From NCBI RefSeq assembly GCF_963921235.1, contig NC_086108.1:4836001-4900000 (forward strand): a stretch of 64,000 bases of DNA, given 5' to 3'. Shown one piece after another: positions 11,350-21,638 of this stretch. The stretch is from Mobula hypostoma. Lineage: Eukaryota. Numbering within the stretch: the stretch's first letter is position 1; each line of letters starts with the position of its first letter. The position numbers were made by a program, and so were the translations under genes. A model generated the notes under the pieces. The model had not been told where the DNA came from. It saw only the letters and a program-made list of their open reading frames with translations, and made no database searches.

Positions 11350-12305
11350 TACTTATTTTCACTCAGAGGTACAGCGCACAACAGGCCTTGCCACGCCACC
11401 CAGCAACCCACAATTTAACCTTAGCCTAATGATGAGACAATTTACAATGACCAATTACATTAGATCAGATTAGACTGAGGACACTCAGTCCTCGTTTATT
11501 GTCATTTAGAAATGCATACATTAAAAATGATACAATGTTCCTCCAGAAAGATATCACAGAAACACAGGACAGACCAAGACTAAAACTGACAAAGACCACA
11601 TAATTATAACATATAGTTACAACAGGGCAAAGCAATACCGTAATTTGATAAAGAGCAGGCCATGCGTACAATAATAAAAAGTCTCAAGTCCCGATAGCCC
11701 CATCATCTCACACAGACGGTAGAAGGGAGAAACTCTCCCTGCCATGAACCTCCAAGCGCCGCAAACTTGCCGATGCATTGGAAGCACCCGACCGCAGCCG
11801 ACTCTGAGTCTGTCCGAAAGCTTCGAACCTCCGACCAGCCCTTCAACACCGAGCACCATCCTCTGCCGAGCGCTTCAACCCTGCCCTGGCCACCGAGCAA
11901 CAAGCAAAGCCGAGGACTTGGGGCCTTCCCCTCCGGAGATTCTGGATCACACAGCAGCAGCGGCAGCAAAGCAGGCATTTCAGAAGTTTCACCAGATGTT
12001 CCTCCGTGTTCTCACGTCTGTCTCCATCAAATCAGGATTGTGCACGGCATCCTACTTGACAAATAACAGACATCACCACCCGAGTGGCCGCTGCGAGCTG
12101 CGTCACGCCACCATCTTCTCCTTTCCAGTATTAACCAGTATATCTTTGGACTGTGGGAGGAAACTGGAGCACCTGGAGGAAACCCATGTGGTCGTGGGGA
12201 GAATATACAGACTCCTTACAGATGGCATTGGAATTGAATTCCCAACTCCAGGACACTCCAGGCTGTAATAACATTGTGATAACCGCTACACTACCATGGC
12301 ACCCC
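11350..12305 (-). mobile_element. V-SINE split by the 11460-12122 insertion
   Basis: ttacaatgaccaatta at ~11455 resumes as attaaccagtatatctttggactg at ~12130. Confidence 0.75.
11460..12122 (-). mobile_element. Non-coding LINE-derived element (GC-rich 5' part plus Rex-type 3' tail)
   Basis: Starts GGAGAAGATGGTGGCG; ends AATAAAC, a GAGGAC/GTCCTC hairpin and an (AATCT)-like tail; no RT similarity. Confidence 0.6.
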
Positions 12306-12756
12306 AACTTGACTGACTCTCAATCTCAGCTAGACCTTGAGAGGAAATAAACTGAATAATAGTAAGGTGCACATCTATAGGAAGGAAGAGCAATGCAATT
12401 GTTTTGAAACATCTGATCAACTGAGGAACACGGAGATCAAATCATTTACTATAGAAGGAATTGCTCTGGTTTCCTCCCGTCGGTTGGTAGGTTAATTGGT
12501 CATTGCAAACCGTTCCGTGATTAGGCTAGGGTTAAATCGGAGCAGTGCTGTGTGGCAAGGGTCAAAGGACTGGAAGGACTTATTTCGCACTGTATCTCAA
12601 TAAATAAATAAATATGATCTGAGTTACAGTGGTATGCAAGAGTTTGGGCACCCCTGGTCAAAATTTCTGTTACTGTGAATAGCTAAGCGAGTAAAAGATG
12701 ACCTGATTTCCAAAAGGCATAAAGTTAAAGATGACACATTTCTTTAATGTTTTAAG

Positions 12757-13605
12757 TGTTACGTACCCCGTAACTGGGTTGCCAAACCAGCAGAAATGGA
12801 TCACTCAGTTGGAGTCTGGATTACTAGAACTAAGAAAGTTTTATTAAAGAAACAAGCAACACAGTACTCTAATCAAAAGGATAATGAATGCAACAGTTCA
12901 GCAATGATAAACATACATGTACACAGAATTAAGATAACAGGATCAATCAAGCTCTATCGTTGTCTAGGGGTAAATGACCAGTTTCAAAATGACGCAAAGT
13001 TCAGTTCAATTTAGTTCAGTTCAGTTTGCAGTAATCGCTGCTGTGGCGATGGACAGTGGGGGGAAGGAGAGAGAGAGCAAAAACGAATGAATATTCAAGG
13101 TTTCCAGACAGACCTTAGCAGTCAGCTTTCGGGCGAGTCCTTTGTGATGTCATCTGAGGTCACAGACCGTGACTCCTCCATTTCCAGATACGATCGTTTC
13201 CCTGCACTGAACCTGGCACCCAGGCAAGGGTGGACACACACCAAGTTCCCGCCGATCGTGCCTTTCCACCCTGTGCGTTTATGGCCCGGTACTTCCCACC
13301 GACTTGTGAGAGACGCACCGCTTCCAGGGTCTTGTTACCTCGGGTGTCATGTGTGTCCTGCCTTAGCAAACCTGTCCCTTTTTATCCCCCTGCTGGGGTA
13401 TCGCCTGTCCATCACTTCAAACAGTTCAGGGTTCAAAGGGGCAGCCGATCTTGACAGCTCTCCTTCCTTCATTAACATCTCTAAATGCTGCTCCATTGTT
13501 TTCCTTATCTCTCTCTCTCCTGAAGACAGGTGGCAGACCAACTGCTGATTCCACTGGTGCCAGCACAGGACAGCTACATCGTAATCTATGTGTATTCTTG
13601 TCACA
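12757..13605 (-). repeat. 3' LTR (849 bp)
   Basis: TGTTAC..GTCACA; about 20 substitutions versus 15412-16260 by hand count; minus-strand AATAAA at 12840-12845 and TATA-like GATAAAAAG near 13378-13387. Confidence 0.97.
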
Positions 13606-13620
13606 CTTCCCCCCTTTAAG
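13606..13620 (-). other. Polypurine tract
   Basis: Minus strand CTTAAAGGGGGGAAG abutting the TG of the 3' LTR. Confidence 0.9.
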
Positions 13621-13711
13621 GATATTTACCGGGGGTAAAAATTACAAACATAAATACACACAAATATACATCTTTATCAGCTATTTGGCTAATACAGTGA
13701 ATTTGAAGTTG

Positions 13712-14220
13712 TCAACACCTTGACAAACAGTCAGCCATCACATTTTCTGTTCCTTTTATATGTGTTATTAATAATCCCTTAGACCAGGCTCCAACTTAGC
13801 AAACTTCATAGTGGCCAAAAACACTGATGAATTGCGATCAATGTAACCTCTCATTTGGTTTTGTCCCGGACCACAATAACAAGGGTCGTCCCATTCCGAC
13901 TTAGTTTTCTCTCACAAGGGCATAGTAGGAGGGGGAGGGGTAGTGACCGCAGAGTTATTGCAAAACTTCCTACAGTACCCCACCATCTCCAAGAGCCTTC
14001 TGAGGGCCCTCTTGTCTGTCGGGGTTGGGAGGTCAGCGATAGCCTGCACTGTAGCTTGCATCGCTGCCAGCTGCCCCTGTGTCACCACAATTCCCAGGTA
14101 AGTGACGTTCGTGTGGCCGAACTCATTTTTTTCAAGGTTCACTATCAAGCTGGCTTCAGACAGCCGTATTAAATTGCCAATACACACCTCTGTGTTCGTC
14201 AGCCCTTTAGTCACTGAATT
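13712..14220 (-). pseudogene. pol: pol remnants: RT palm/thumb fragment and RNase H C-terminus
   Basis: RLSEASLIVNLEK..VTYLG..AIADLPTPTDKRALRRLLEMVGYCRKFC; YIDRNSSVFL (TDHNPL-like); HIKGTENVMADCLSRC* at 13762-13712. Confidence 0.85.
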
Positions 14221-14896
14221 ACTTTCTGACTTTTCCGGCGGACTCTCCCCGCCGTCCTGACTACCCTTCTGGTAGCCTTTACTCGGGGCAATCTTCATTT
14301 TATGCGTCAACGCATACTCATCCGCTAACTTAGCAGTTGCGGCTAACGTGGTTGCCTCTTTCTCATCTAGGTAGGGTCTCATACCCTCAGGGACACAACC
14401 TTTAAACTGCTCAATCAGGATCAGCTGTAGCAGTCTGTCATAATCCCCCTCTACCCCTTTCGAGGCGCACCAACGCTCACAATATGTCTGCATCTCACGG
14501 GCAAACTCTAAATACGTGCGGTCCCACTGCTTCCTCGCATTCCGGAACCTCTGCCGGTATGCCTCCGGGACCAACTCATAAATCCTGAGGATGGCCCCTT
14601 TCACCACCTCATACATCTTCCGCGGACAAAGCTGAGTAAGCTTGTTGGGCTTTCCTTTTCAGTACACTCTGAAGCAAAACAACTCACTTATCCCTCGGCC
14701 AGTCCTGACTGGTAGCAACTTTTTCGAAATGGAGGAAGTACCAATCCACATCGGTATCGTCAAATGGGGGAACCAGCCTAACCTCCTAGGTCGCCCAGAA
14801 CCCTCCACCTTGGTTTGGCACGGGCCCCTGCTCTGCCCTTATCCTTAACTTCTTCAGCTCGAATTCCCTTTCCCTCTTTTTCTCCTCTCGCTCCAG

Positions 14897-14943
<47 letters not shown>

Positions 14944-15313
14944 ACCTTTCTAACTCTTCTCTCTCCAACTGTCTGTCCCTCTCTTTCTCTTCTCGCTCCA
15001 ACTGTCTGTCCCTCTCTTTCTCTTCTTGCTCCAACTGCCGTACCCGGAATTCGTGCTCGAGTCTCAGTTTTTCAAGCTGTACCTGTACCGCGTCTCCAGC
15101 AGGTTTTTCAATAGACACCACCCCCAGCTCGCCTTGGGGAAACACACCTTTAGATACATAGTGCTCTACGATAGCTCTGTGTATCTCCTCTCTCCTCATT
15201 GTCGACTTCCCCTTAGCAAGATTCAACAGTTTGGCCACAGCTACCAATTCTGATTTCCTGGCATCCTCTAATGCCTCCAAGGTCGGCGCCTTTATAAATT
15301 CCTCAGCCTCCAT
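14221..15313 (-). pseudogene. gag: gag with coiled coil and SCAN-like capsid domain; two stops and one frameshift
   Basis: ORF 14786-15313 continues past TAG as EVRLVPPFDDTDVDWYFLHFEKVA..WPRDK*; then a frameshift into YEVVKGAIL..PEAYRQRFR..LQLILIEQF..LADEY. Confidence 0.9.
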
Positions 15314-15389
15314 TTCTGCTGTTTGTCTTTTCTTTCTTTCGGGAACTTTGACCCAATCAATTTACTCCGTCCCAAATTTAGCGTTCAAA

Positions 15390-15407
15390 ATCCCGGACAA
15401 GCCCCCA
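15390..15407 (-). other. Primer binding site for tRNA-Pro
   Basis: Minus strand TGGGGGCTTGTCCGGGAT, 1 mismatch to the tRNA-Pro PBS TGGGGGCTCGTCCGGGAT; 4 nt from the 5' LTR. Confidence 0.9.
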
Positions 15408-15411
15408 CTTA

Positions 15412-16260
15412 TGTTACGTACCCCATAACTGGGTTGCCAAACCAGCAGAAATGGATCACTCAGTTGGAGTCTGGATTACTAGAACTAAGAAAGTTTTATT
15501 AAAGAAACAAGCAACACAGTACTCTAATCAAAAGGATAATGAATGCAACAGTTCAGCAATGATAAACATACATGTACACAGAATTAAGATAACAGGATCA
15601 ATCAAGCTCTATCGTTGTCTAGGGGTAAATGACCAGTTTCAAAATGACGCAAAGTTCAGTTCAATTTAGTTCAGTTCAGTTCGCAGTAATCGCTGCCGTG
15701 GCGATGGACAGTGGGGGGAAGGAGAGAGAGAGCAAAAACGAATGAATATTCAAGGTTTCCAGACAGACCTTAGCAGTCAGCTTTTGAGCGAGTCCTTTGT
15801 GATGTCATCTGAGGTCACCGACCGTGACCCCTCCGTTTCCGGATACAATCGTTTCCCTGCGCTGAACCTAGCACCCAGGCAAGGGTGGACACACACCAGG
15901 TTCCCGCCGATCGTGCCTTTCCACCCTGTGCGTTTATGGCCCGATACTTCCCACCGACTTGTGAGAGACGCACCGCTTCCAGGGTCTTGTTACCTCGGGT
16001 GTCGTGTGTGTCCTGTCTTAGCAAACCTGTCCCTTTTTATCCCCCTGCTGGGGTATCGCCTGTCCATCGCTTCAAACAGTTCAGGGTTCAAAGGGGGAGC
16101 CGCTCTTGACAGCTCTCCTTCCTTCATTAACATCTCTAAATGCTGCTCCATTGTTTTCCTTATCTCTCTCTCTCCTGAAGACAGGTGGCAGACCAACTGC
16201 TGATCCCACTGGTGCCAGCACAGGACAGCTACATCGTAATCTATGTGTATTCTTGTCACA
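15412..16260 (-). repeat. 5' LTR (849 bp)
   Basis: Direct repeat of 12757-13605. Confidence 0.97.
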
Positions 16261-16429
16261 TAAGCAAGATTACTTTTTTATTTCCATCTTTGGCAGTTTC
16301 AAACTAACAAAAAAGGAAAAGGGCCCGAAACAAAAGCTTGGGCACCCTGCATGGTCAGTACTTAGTAACACCCCCTAACAAGCTAATTAAAGTCTGAGAC
16401 CTTGGTAAAAGTTATCTGAGAGCTCAAAT

Positions 16430-16520
16430 ATGGTTCTATTACTATTTAATATTTATGGAGCAACTGTAATGAAAACCAATTTCCCCTGGGATTAATAAAG
16501 TATGACTATGACTATGACTA
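16430..16520 (+). mobile_element. LINE 3'-tail-only insertion with (ATGACT)n tail inside the Tc1-like element
   Basis: Matches the 3' end of the Rex-like copy at 24930-25022. Confidence 0.8.
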
Positions 16521-16754
16521 AATTTCTTGGGGTGCCCAAACTTTTGCACGGTGCTCCTTTCCTTTTTTTCACTCTAAAATTGTACAAAACAAAAATAATA
16601 CACTAATCTTGTTTAAAATGTTGAAAAGAATGTTTCACCTTTAACTTTATGACATTTAGAGATCAGTTCATCTTCTACTCACTTAACTATTCACAGTAAC
16701 AGAAATTTTGACCAGGGGAGCCCTAACTTTTGCATGCCACTGTATAAGGAAAGG

Positions 16755-17190
16755 TTTCCTAGAGCATAGGAGAATGAGGGGAGCTTTGATAGAGGTATAC
16801 AAAATTATGAGAGGTGCTGACAGGGTAAATGCAAGCAGGTTTTTTTCCCCCACTGAGGGTGGGCGAGACTTAAACTACAGGTCACATATTCAGGGTGAAA
16901 GGTGAAATATTTACAGGGAACATGAGGGGGAACTTCTTCGCTGAGTGGCGAGTGTGGAATGAGCTGCCCAAGAGAAGTTCAATCACAACATTTAAGAGAA
17001 GTTTGGATAGGTACAAGGATGGGACGTGTATGGAGGGCTATAGTTGGAGTGCAGGTTGATGGGAGTTTAGTTGGAGTGCAGGTTGATGGGAGTTAAAGCA
17101 GTTTAAATAGTTCAGAATTGACTAGATGGGCTGATGGGCCTGTTTCTAGACTGAAGGGCGTGTTTCTGTGCTGTAGTGTTCTATGACACT
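16755..17190 (+). mobile_element. CR1 LINE 3' fragment with a 27-bp tandem duplication at 17041-17094
   Basis: LEHRRMRGALIEVYKIMRG.DRV and CR1 3' UTR. Confidence 0.85.
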
Positions 17191-17414
17191 TTTACTTCCA
17201 AAGTGCAGCTACAATGTTGAATGAATTCAGCAGCCAATTTGCACATGAGGATCCGTAAATAGAAATACAGTTCTGTCTTTAGCCAGGGTGCCATGTGAAA
17301 TGCAGATGGTGGGGAGGAGGCAGTAATGGGGCATAAAACACTTGCATGGATCAGCTAAGTCTTCAAGGCCACATCTTGAATGCACACAAAGATTCATAAA
17401 TAGAAATAACTCGT

Positions 17415-18220
17415 AAACACAAGAGATTCTGCAGATGCTCATCCTCCAAGGTAACATACAGACAAAATGCTGGAGGAACCCAGCAGGTCACGCAGTATCT
17501 ACTGAAATGGAGAAACAGTCGACATTTCCAGCCAAGACCCTTCTTCATGACTGGAAAGGAAGGGGGAAGATGCCAGAATAAAAAAGGTGAGGAGAGAAGA
17601 AGGAGGATAGCTAGCAGGTGATAGGTGAAGTCAGGTAGGTGGGAAAGGCCAAGGGCTGGAGAGGAAGGAGTCTGATAGGAGAGGAGAGTAGACAACAGGA
17701 AAAAGGGAAGGAGGTGGGACCTAGGGAGAGATGATTTGACAGGTGAAGAGAGTTAAAAGGACAGAGTGGGGAATAGAGGAGAGGGGAGGGAGAAGGAAAT
17801 TATTTTACTGGAAGGAGAAATTGATATTCATGCCATCAGGTTGGAGGCTCCCCAGACGGGAGAGAAGGTGTTGTTCCTCCACCCTGAGGATGGCCTCCTC
17901 TTGGCACAAGAGAAGGACATGGACCGAAATGTCAGAATGGGAGTAGGAATTGGAATTAAAATGTTTGGCCCATCGGGAAATTCCGCTTTTGCCAGATGAA
18001 GTGGAGGTGCTCCCCCAATTTACCACCAATGTAGATGAGGGCGCAATGGGAGCACCAAATACAATAGATGACCCCTGCAGATTCGCAGGTGGAGTGTTGC
18101 CTCACCAGAAAGGTCTGTTTAGGGCCCTGAATGGAGGTGATTGGGCAGGTGTAGCACTTAGACAGCTTGCAGGGATAAGTGCTGGGAGGGAGATTAGTGG
18201 GGAAGGACCAACGGACAATG
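17415..18220 (-). mobile_element. Penelope-like (Neptune-type): linker Cys motif, GIY-YIG and pLTR
   Basis: TYPCKLSKCYTCP..GVIYCIWCSHCALIYIG..EEQHLLSRLGSLQPDGMN. Confidence 0.88.
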
Positions 18221-18699
18221 AACAAGGGAATTGGCTTTCAGCCTAGACTCCAGATGAGGTGACTGGGGGGAAGCAATAATGCAGCATAAAACATTAGAAT
18301 GGATTAGTTAGCTATGCCTTGGACTTCAAATCTTTTAAAGTTTATGTAGATTTACAAATAAATTACTGTTTATTCTATTATTACCTAAATGCTAATTGCT
18401 CTTACAGCCCCATTATGAAAAATCGCATTTATTTGGAAGTTCAAGTTTACGTTCCAATTTATTGTCATTCACGGTATACATGTATACTGCCAAACGAAAC
18501 AATGTTCCTCTGGACCAAGATGCACAACATAGTACGTATAACTCACACACACACAACACAAAAAGTGATATTACAACAAATAATAACATATACTCCAGGA
18601 AACTGTCATTTAGCATGAGGTACATTCCAAAATTCGAAGTAAATTTATTATCAAAATACATATATTTGTATCACCGTCTCACCCTGTGAAAAAAAGGGA

Positions 18700-18900
18700 T
18701 GGCACAGTAGCATAGTGGTTAGCAAGCTGGGTTCAATTTCCGCTGCTGTCTGTAAGGAGTTTGTACATTCTCCCCATGACCGCATGGGTTTCCTCCCACA
18801 GTCCAAAGACGTACTAGTTGGTGGGTTAATTAGCCATTGTAAACTGTCCCGTGATTACATTGGGGTTAAATCGAAGGTTGCTGGGCAGCAGGGCTTAAAG
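18700..18900 (+). mobile_element. V-SINE nested in a minus-strand LINE tail, followed by (GGGA)n/(GGAT)n
   Basis: ggcacagtagcatagtggttagc..GGTTCAATTTCC and V-domain. Confidence 0.75.
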
Positions 18901-19544
18901 GGAGGAGGGGAGGAAGGGAGGAGGGGAGGAAGGGAGGAGGGGAGGAAGGGAGGAAGGTAGGGAGTGAGGGATAGATGGATGGATGGATGGATGGATAGAT
19001 ACACTATACAACCCTGAGATTCATTTTCTTGCGGGCATACTCAACAAATCTATAGAATAATAACCATAACAGAACCCATGAAAGACTGCACCAACCTGGG
19101 CATTCAACCAATGTGCAAACTATGCAAATACTAAAAGAAAAAAATAATAATAGTAAGTAAATAAGCAATAAATATCAAGAACGTGAGGTAAAGAGTCCTT
19201 GAGAGTGAGTCCATTTACAATAGGAGTTAAAAAGTAAGCAGTATAACACTTCTGGTGCTTCATATGTGATAGACCTTGGTGGTGGTAAGCAGCTCAGTAG
19301 TCTTCCAGCCTGGGGAAACAAGCTGTTTCCCATCCTGACAGACCTTGTCCCAATGATACAGTACCTACTGCCTGACTGGGGGTGGGGGAGACTGTGGGAA
19401 GTATGGAAGGGAGCCTTGACAATGCCAAGAAGTTACTAATTCATGTTTCTTGTGATTGCTTGTGTATGCTGCCAGAAGAATTCCCCTTTCAGATGGAACA
19501 GGTACCAGTTGCAGAGTATTGTAGCAAAGTCTTCTGGTTCCTTC

Positions 19545-19925
19545 ATTCTGTGCCGTGTCATATGACGTGGGTGATCATGGTCTTTCCATAACCATAATTG
19601 TTCTTGGCAAATTTTTCTACAGAAGTGCTTTGCCATTGCCATCTTCTGAACAGTGTCTTTACAAGACGGGTGACCCCAGCCACTACCAATACTCTTCAGA
19701 ATGCGCATCAATACGCGTCAGTGATCGCATAACCAGGACTTGTGACGTGTACCAGCTGCTCATACGACCATCCACCACCTGCTCCCATGGCTTCACGTGA
19801 CCCTGATCCGGGGGAGGGGGTTAAGCAGGTGCTACACCTTGCCCAAGGGTGACCTGCAGGCTAGCAGAGGGGAGGAGCACCTTACACCTCCTTTGGTAGA
19901 GACGCACCTCCACCCCGCCACCCAG
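19545..19925 (-). mobile_element. ~380-bp SINE-like repeat with RTE/Bov-B-like 3' motif, full length
   Basis: Homologous to 7771-8143. Confidence 0.78.
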
Positions 19926-19945
19926 TCTTTTAAGAGAGCCGTTTG

Positions 19946-20285
19946 TATGTACAGATTTTGTACTTTTTTTGCATTTATCCTTGGAGCAGGCATTGACTGA
20001 TGCGTGAATATAACTGAACTGAGTGGTTGTCGCATCATTTCAAAGACTGGGTAAGAGTTCCTCGCGTTTCTATGTGTCTGAAGTCAAACACATACCAGAT
20101 CGGGCAAGGCCAGCAGATATCCTGCTCTAAAGACGTTTATGAATCAGATGTATTTTTAAACCATCCAATAATTTCACATAATTTAAGATTTTCCCTGAGG
20201 CTAAATAACTAAATCTGTACTGGGATTTTAATGTGTTGCTTTTGATCTTAACAACAGTACTCTGGATTATTAGTGCACTGACCTC
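19946..20285 (-). mobile_element. Old tRNA-derived SINE-like repeat, left arm of an inverted pair
   Basis: Reverse-complement similarity to 21015-21060 plus 21345-21638. Confidence 0.6.
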
Positions 20286-21014
20286 TGCTGCATTAGTCTG
20301 ACTAGTTACTAAGCCGAAACAATGCACCAAACATGAGTACCATTCAAATATCATATACTACACTGACTATCATATTCTTGTGGGCATTCACAGTAAACAC
20401 AAAGAGACATAATAAAATCAATGGAGAACTGCACACGATAGCCAGTGTGCAAAAGACATTAAATTGTGCAAATACAAACAAGAAACCAAAATCATAACGA
20501 TAATAAATAACTCATAAATTTTAATAACATCAGTTGGAGAGCCTTGAAAGTGAGTCCATAAGTTGTGGAACTGGTTCAATGTTATTGTGAATGAAGTTAT
20601 CCACAAGAGTTCAGGAGCCTGAGGGTTGAAGGATAATAACTATTCCTAAAACTGGTGGTGTGGACCTGAGGCTCCTGTACCTCCTTCCTGATGGCAGCAG
20701 CAAGACAGCATGGCCTTGATGGTCGGGGTCCTTAATGATGGAGGCTGTGGTTTAATTCACACTGCTGCCTGTACGGAGTTGTACGTTCTTCCTGTGACCA
20801 GGTAGGTTTCCTCTGGGTGCTCCAGTTTCCTCCCACATTCTAAAGATGTACGGGTCAGGATTTGTAAGTTGTGCGCATATTACATTGGTGCCAGAAGCAT
20901 GGTGACATTTGCAGGCTGCCCCCAGCACACCCTCGACATAAACTATGCAACTTGCTGTTTGCTTCAACGTGCATGTGACAAATTAACTTCATCTTTCTCT
21001 TCCTTTAAAGCACA

Positions 21015-21638
21015 GGTCAATGGACTAATAATTCAGAGAACTGGTGTAAAATTCAAAAGCAATAGGCAGCACAGTAGTGTAGTGGTTAGCACAACACATT
21101 GCAATACAGGCAACCCAAGTTCAATTCCCGCCACTGCCTGTAAAGAGTTTGTACGCTCTCCTCATGACCGTGTGGGTTTCTTCCGCATGCTCCAGTTTCC
21201 TCTCAAAGTCCAGAGATGTATCAGTTAGTATGTTAATTGGTCACTGTAAATTGTCCCATGATTAGGCTAGGGTTAAATCGGTGGATTGATGGGTGGCGTG
21301 AGTCGAAGGGTTGGAAGACACTTCACGCTTTATCTCAATATAAAAAAAATCCCACTACAGATCCAGTACACTAAATAAATCTGGAAAAAAAAAGGAATAT
21401 GGGATGTGAAATTATTGGATAATTTAAAAAATACATCTGGTTCAAAAATGTCTTTAGGGCAGGAAATCTGCTGGCCTTGCCCTAACTGACACATGTTTGA
21501 CTTTAAGCCCACAGAAACATGATGAACTCTTTCCCAGTCTTTGAAATGATGCAGCAATCAGTCAGTTCAACAGTATTCACACATCAGGCAGTGACTGCTC
21601 CAAGGATAGATGCAAAAAATGTACTAAATCTGTACATA
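21015..21638 (+). mobile_element. Old SINE-like repeat, right arm, interrupted by a V-SINE (21065-21342)
   Basis: Head gtcaatggactaataattcagag; body ggaaatctgctggccttgccc. Confidence 0.6.

Larger units (their letters stand above)
12757..16260 (-). mobile_element. Non-autonomous Gmr1-like Ty3/gypsy LTR retrotransposon
   Basis: Paired 849-bp TG..CA LTRs, 4-bp TSD TAAG (12753-12756, 16261-16264), PBS, PPT, SCAN-like gag, RT and RNase H remnants. Confidence 0.93.
12627..16742. mobile_element. Non-autonomous Tc1-like IR/DR DNA transposon (~600 bp excluding the LTR element)
   Basis: TA|CAGTGGTATGCAAGAGTTTGGGCACCCC..GGGGAGCCCTAACTTTTGCATGCCACTG|TA; long imperfect TIRs; inner DRs near 16332-16348 and 16529-16549. 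Confidence 0.88.

Noticed and set aside
11744..12268. 174-aa GC-rich ORF
   Set aside because: Antisense to a repeat and reads through into a V-SINE; no recognisable domain
13912..14616. Host SCAN zinc-finger gene or domesticated gag
   Set aside because: Sits between intact LTRs, has no C2H2 fingers, and the upstream gag has stops and a frameshift
12796..16259. Duplicated 72, 153, 74 and 85-89 aa ORFs suggesting paralogous genes
   Set aside because: They lie within the two LTRs and have no recognisable protein features
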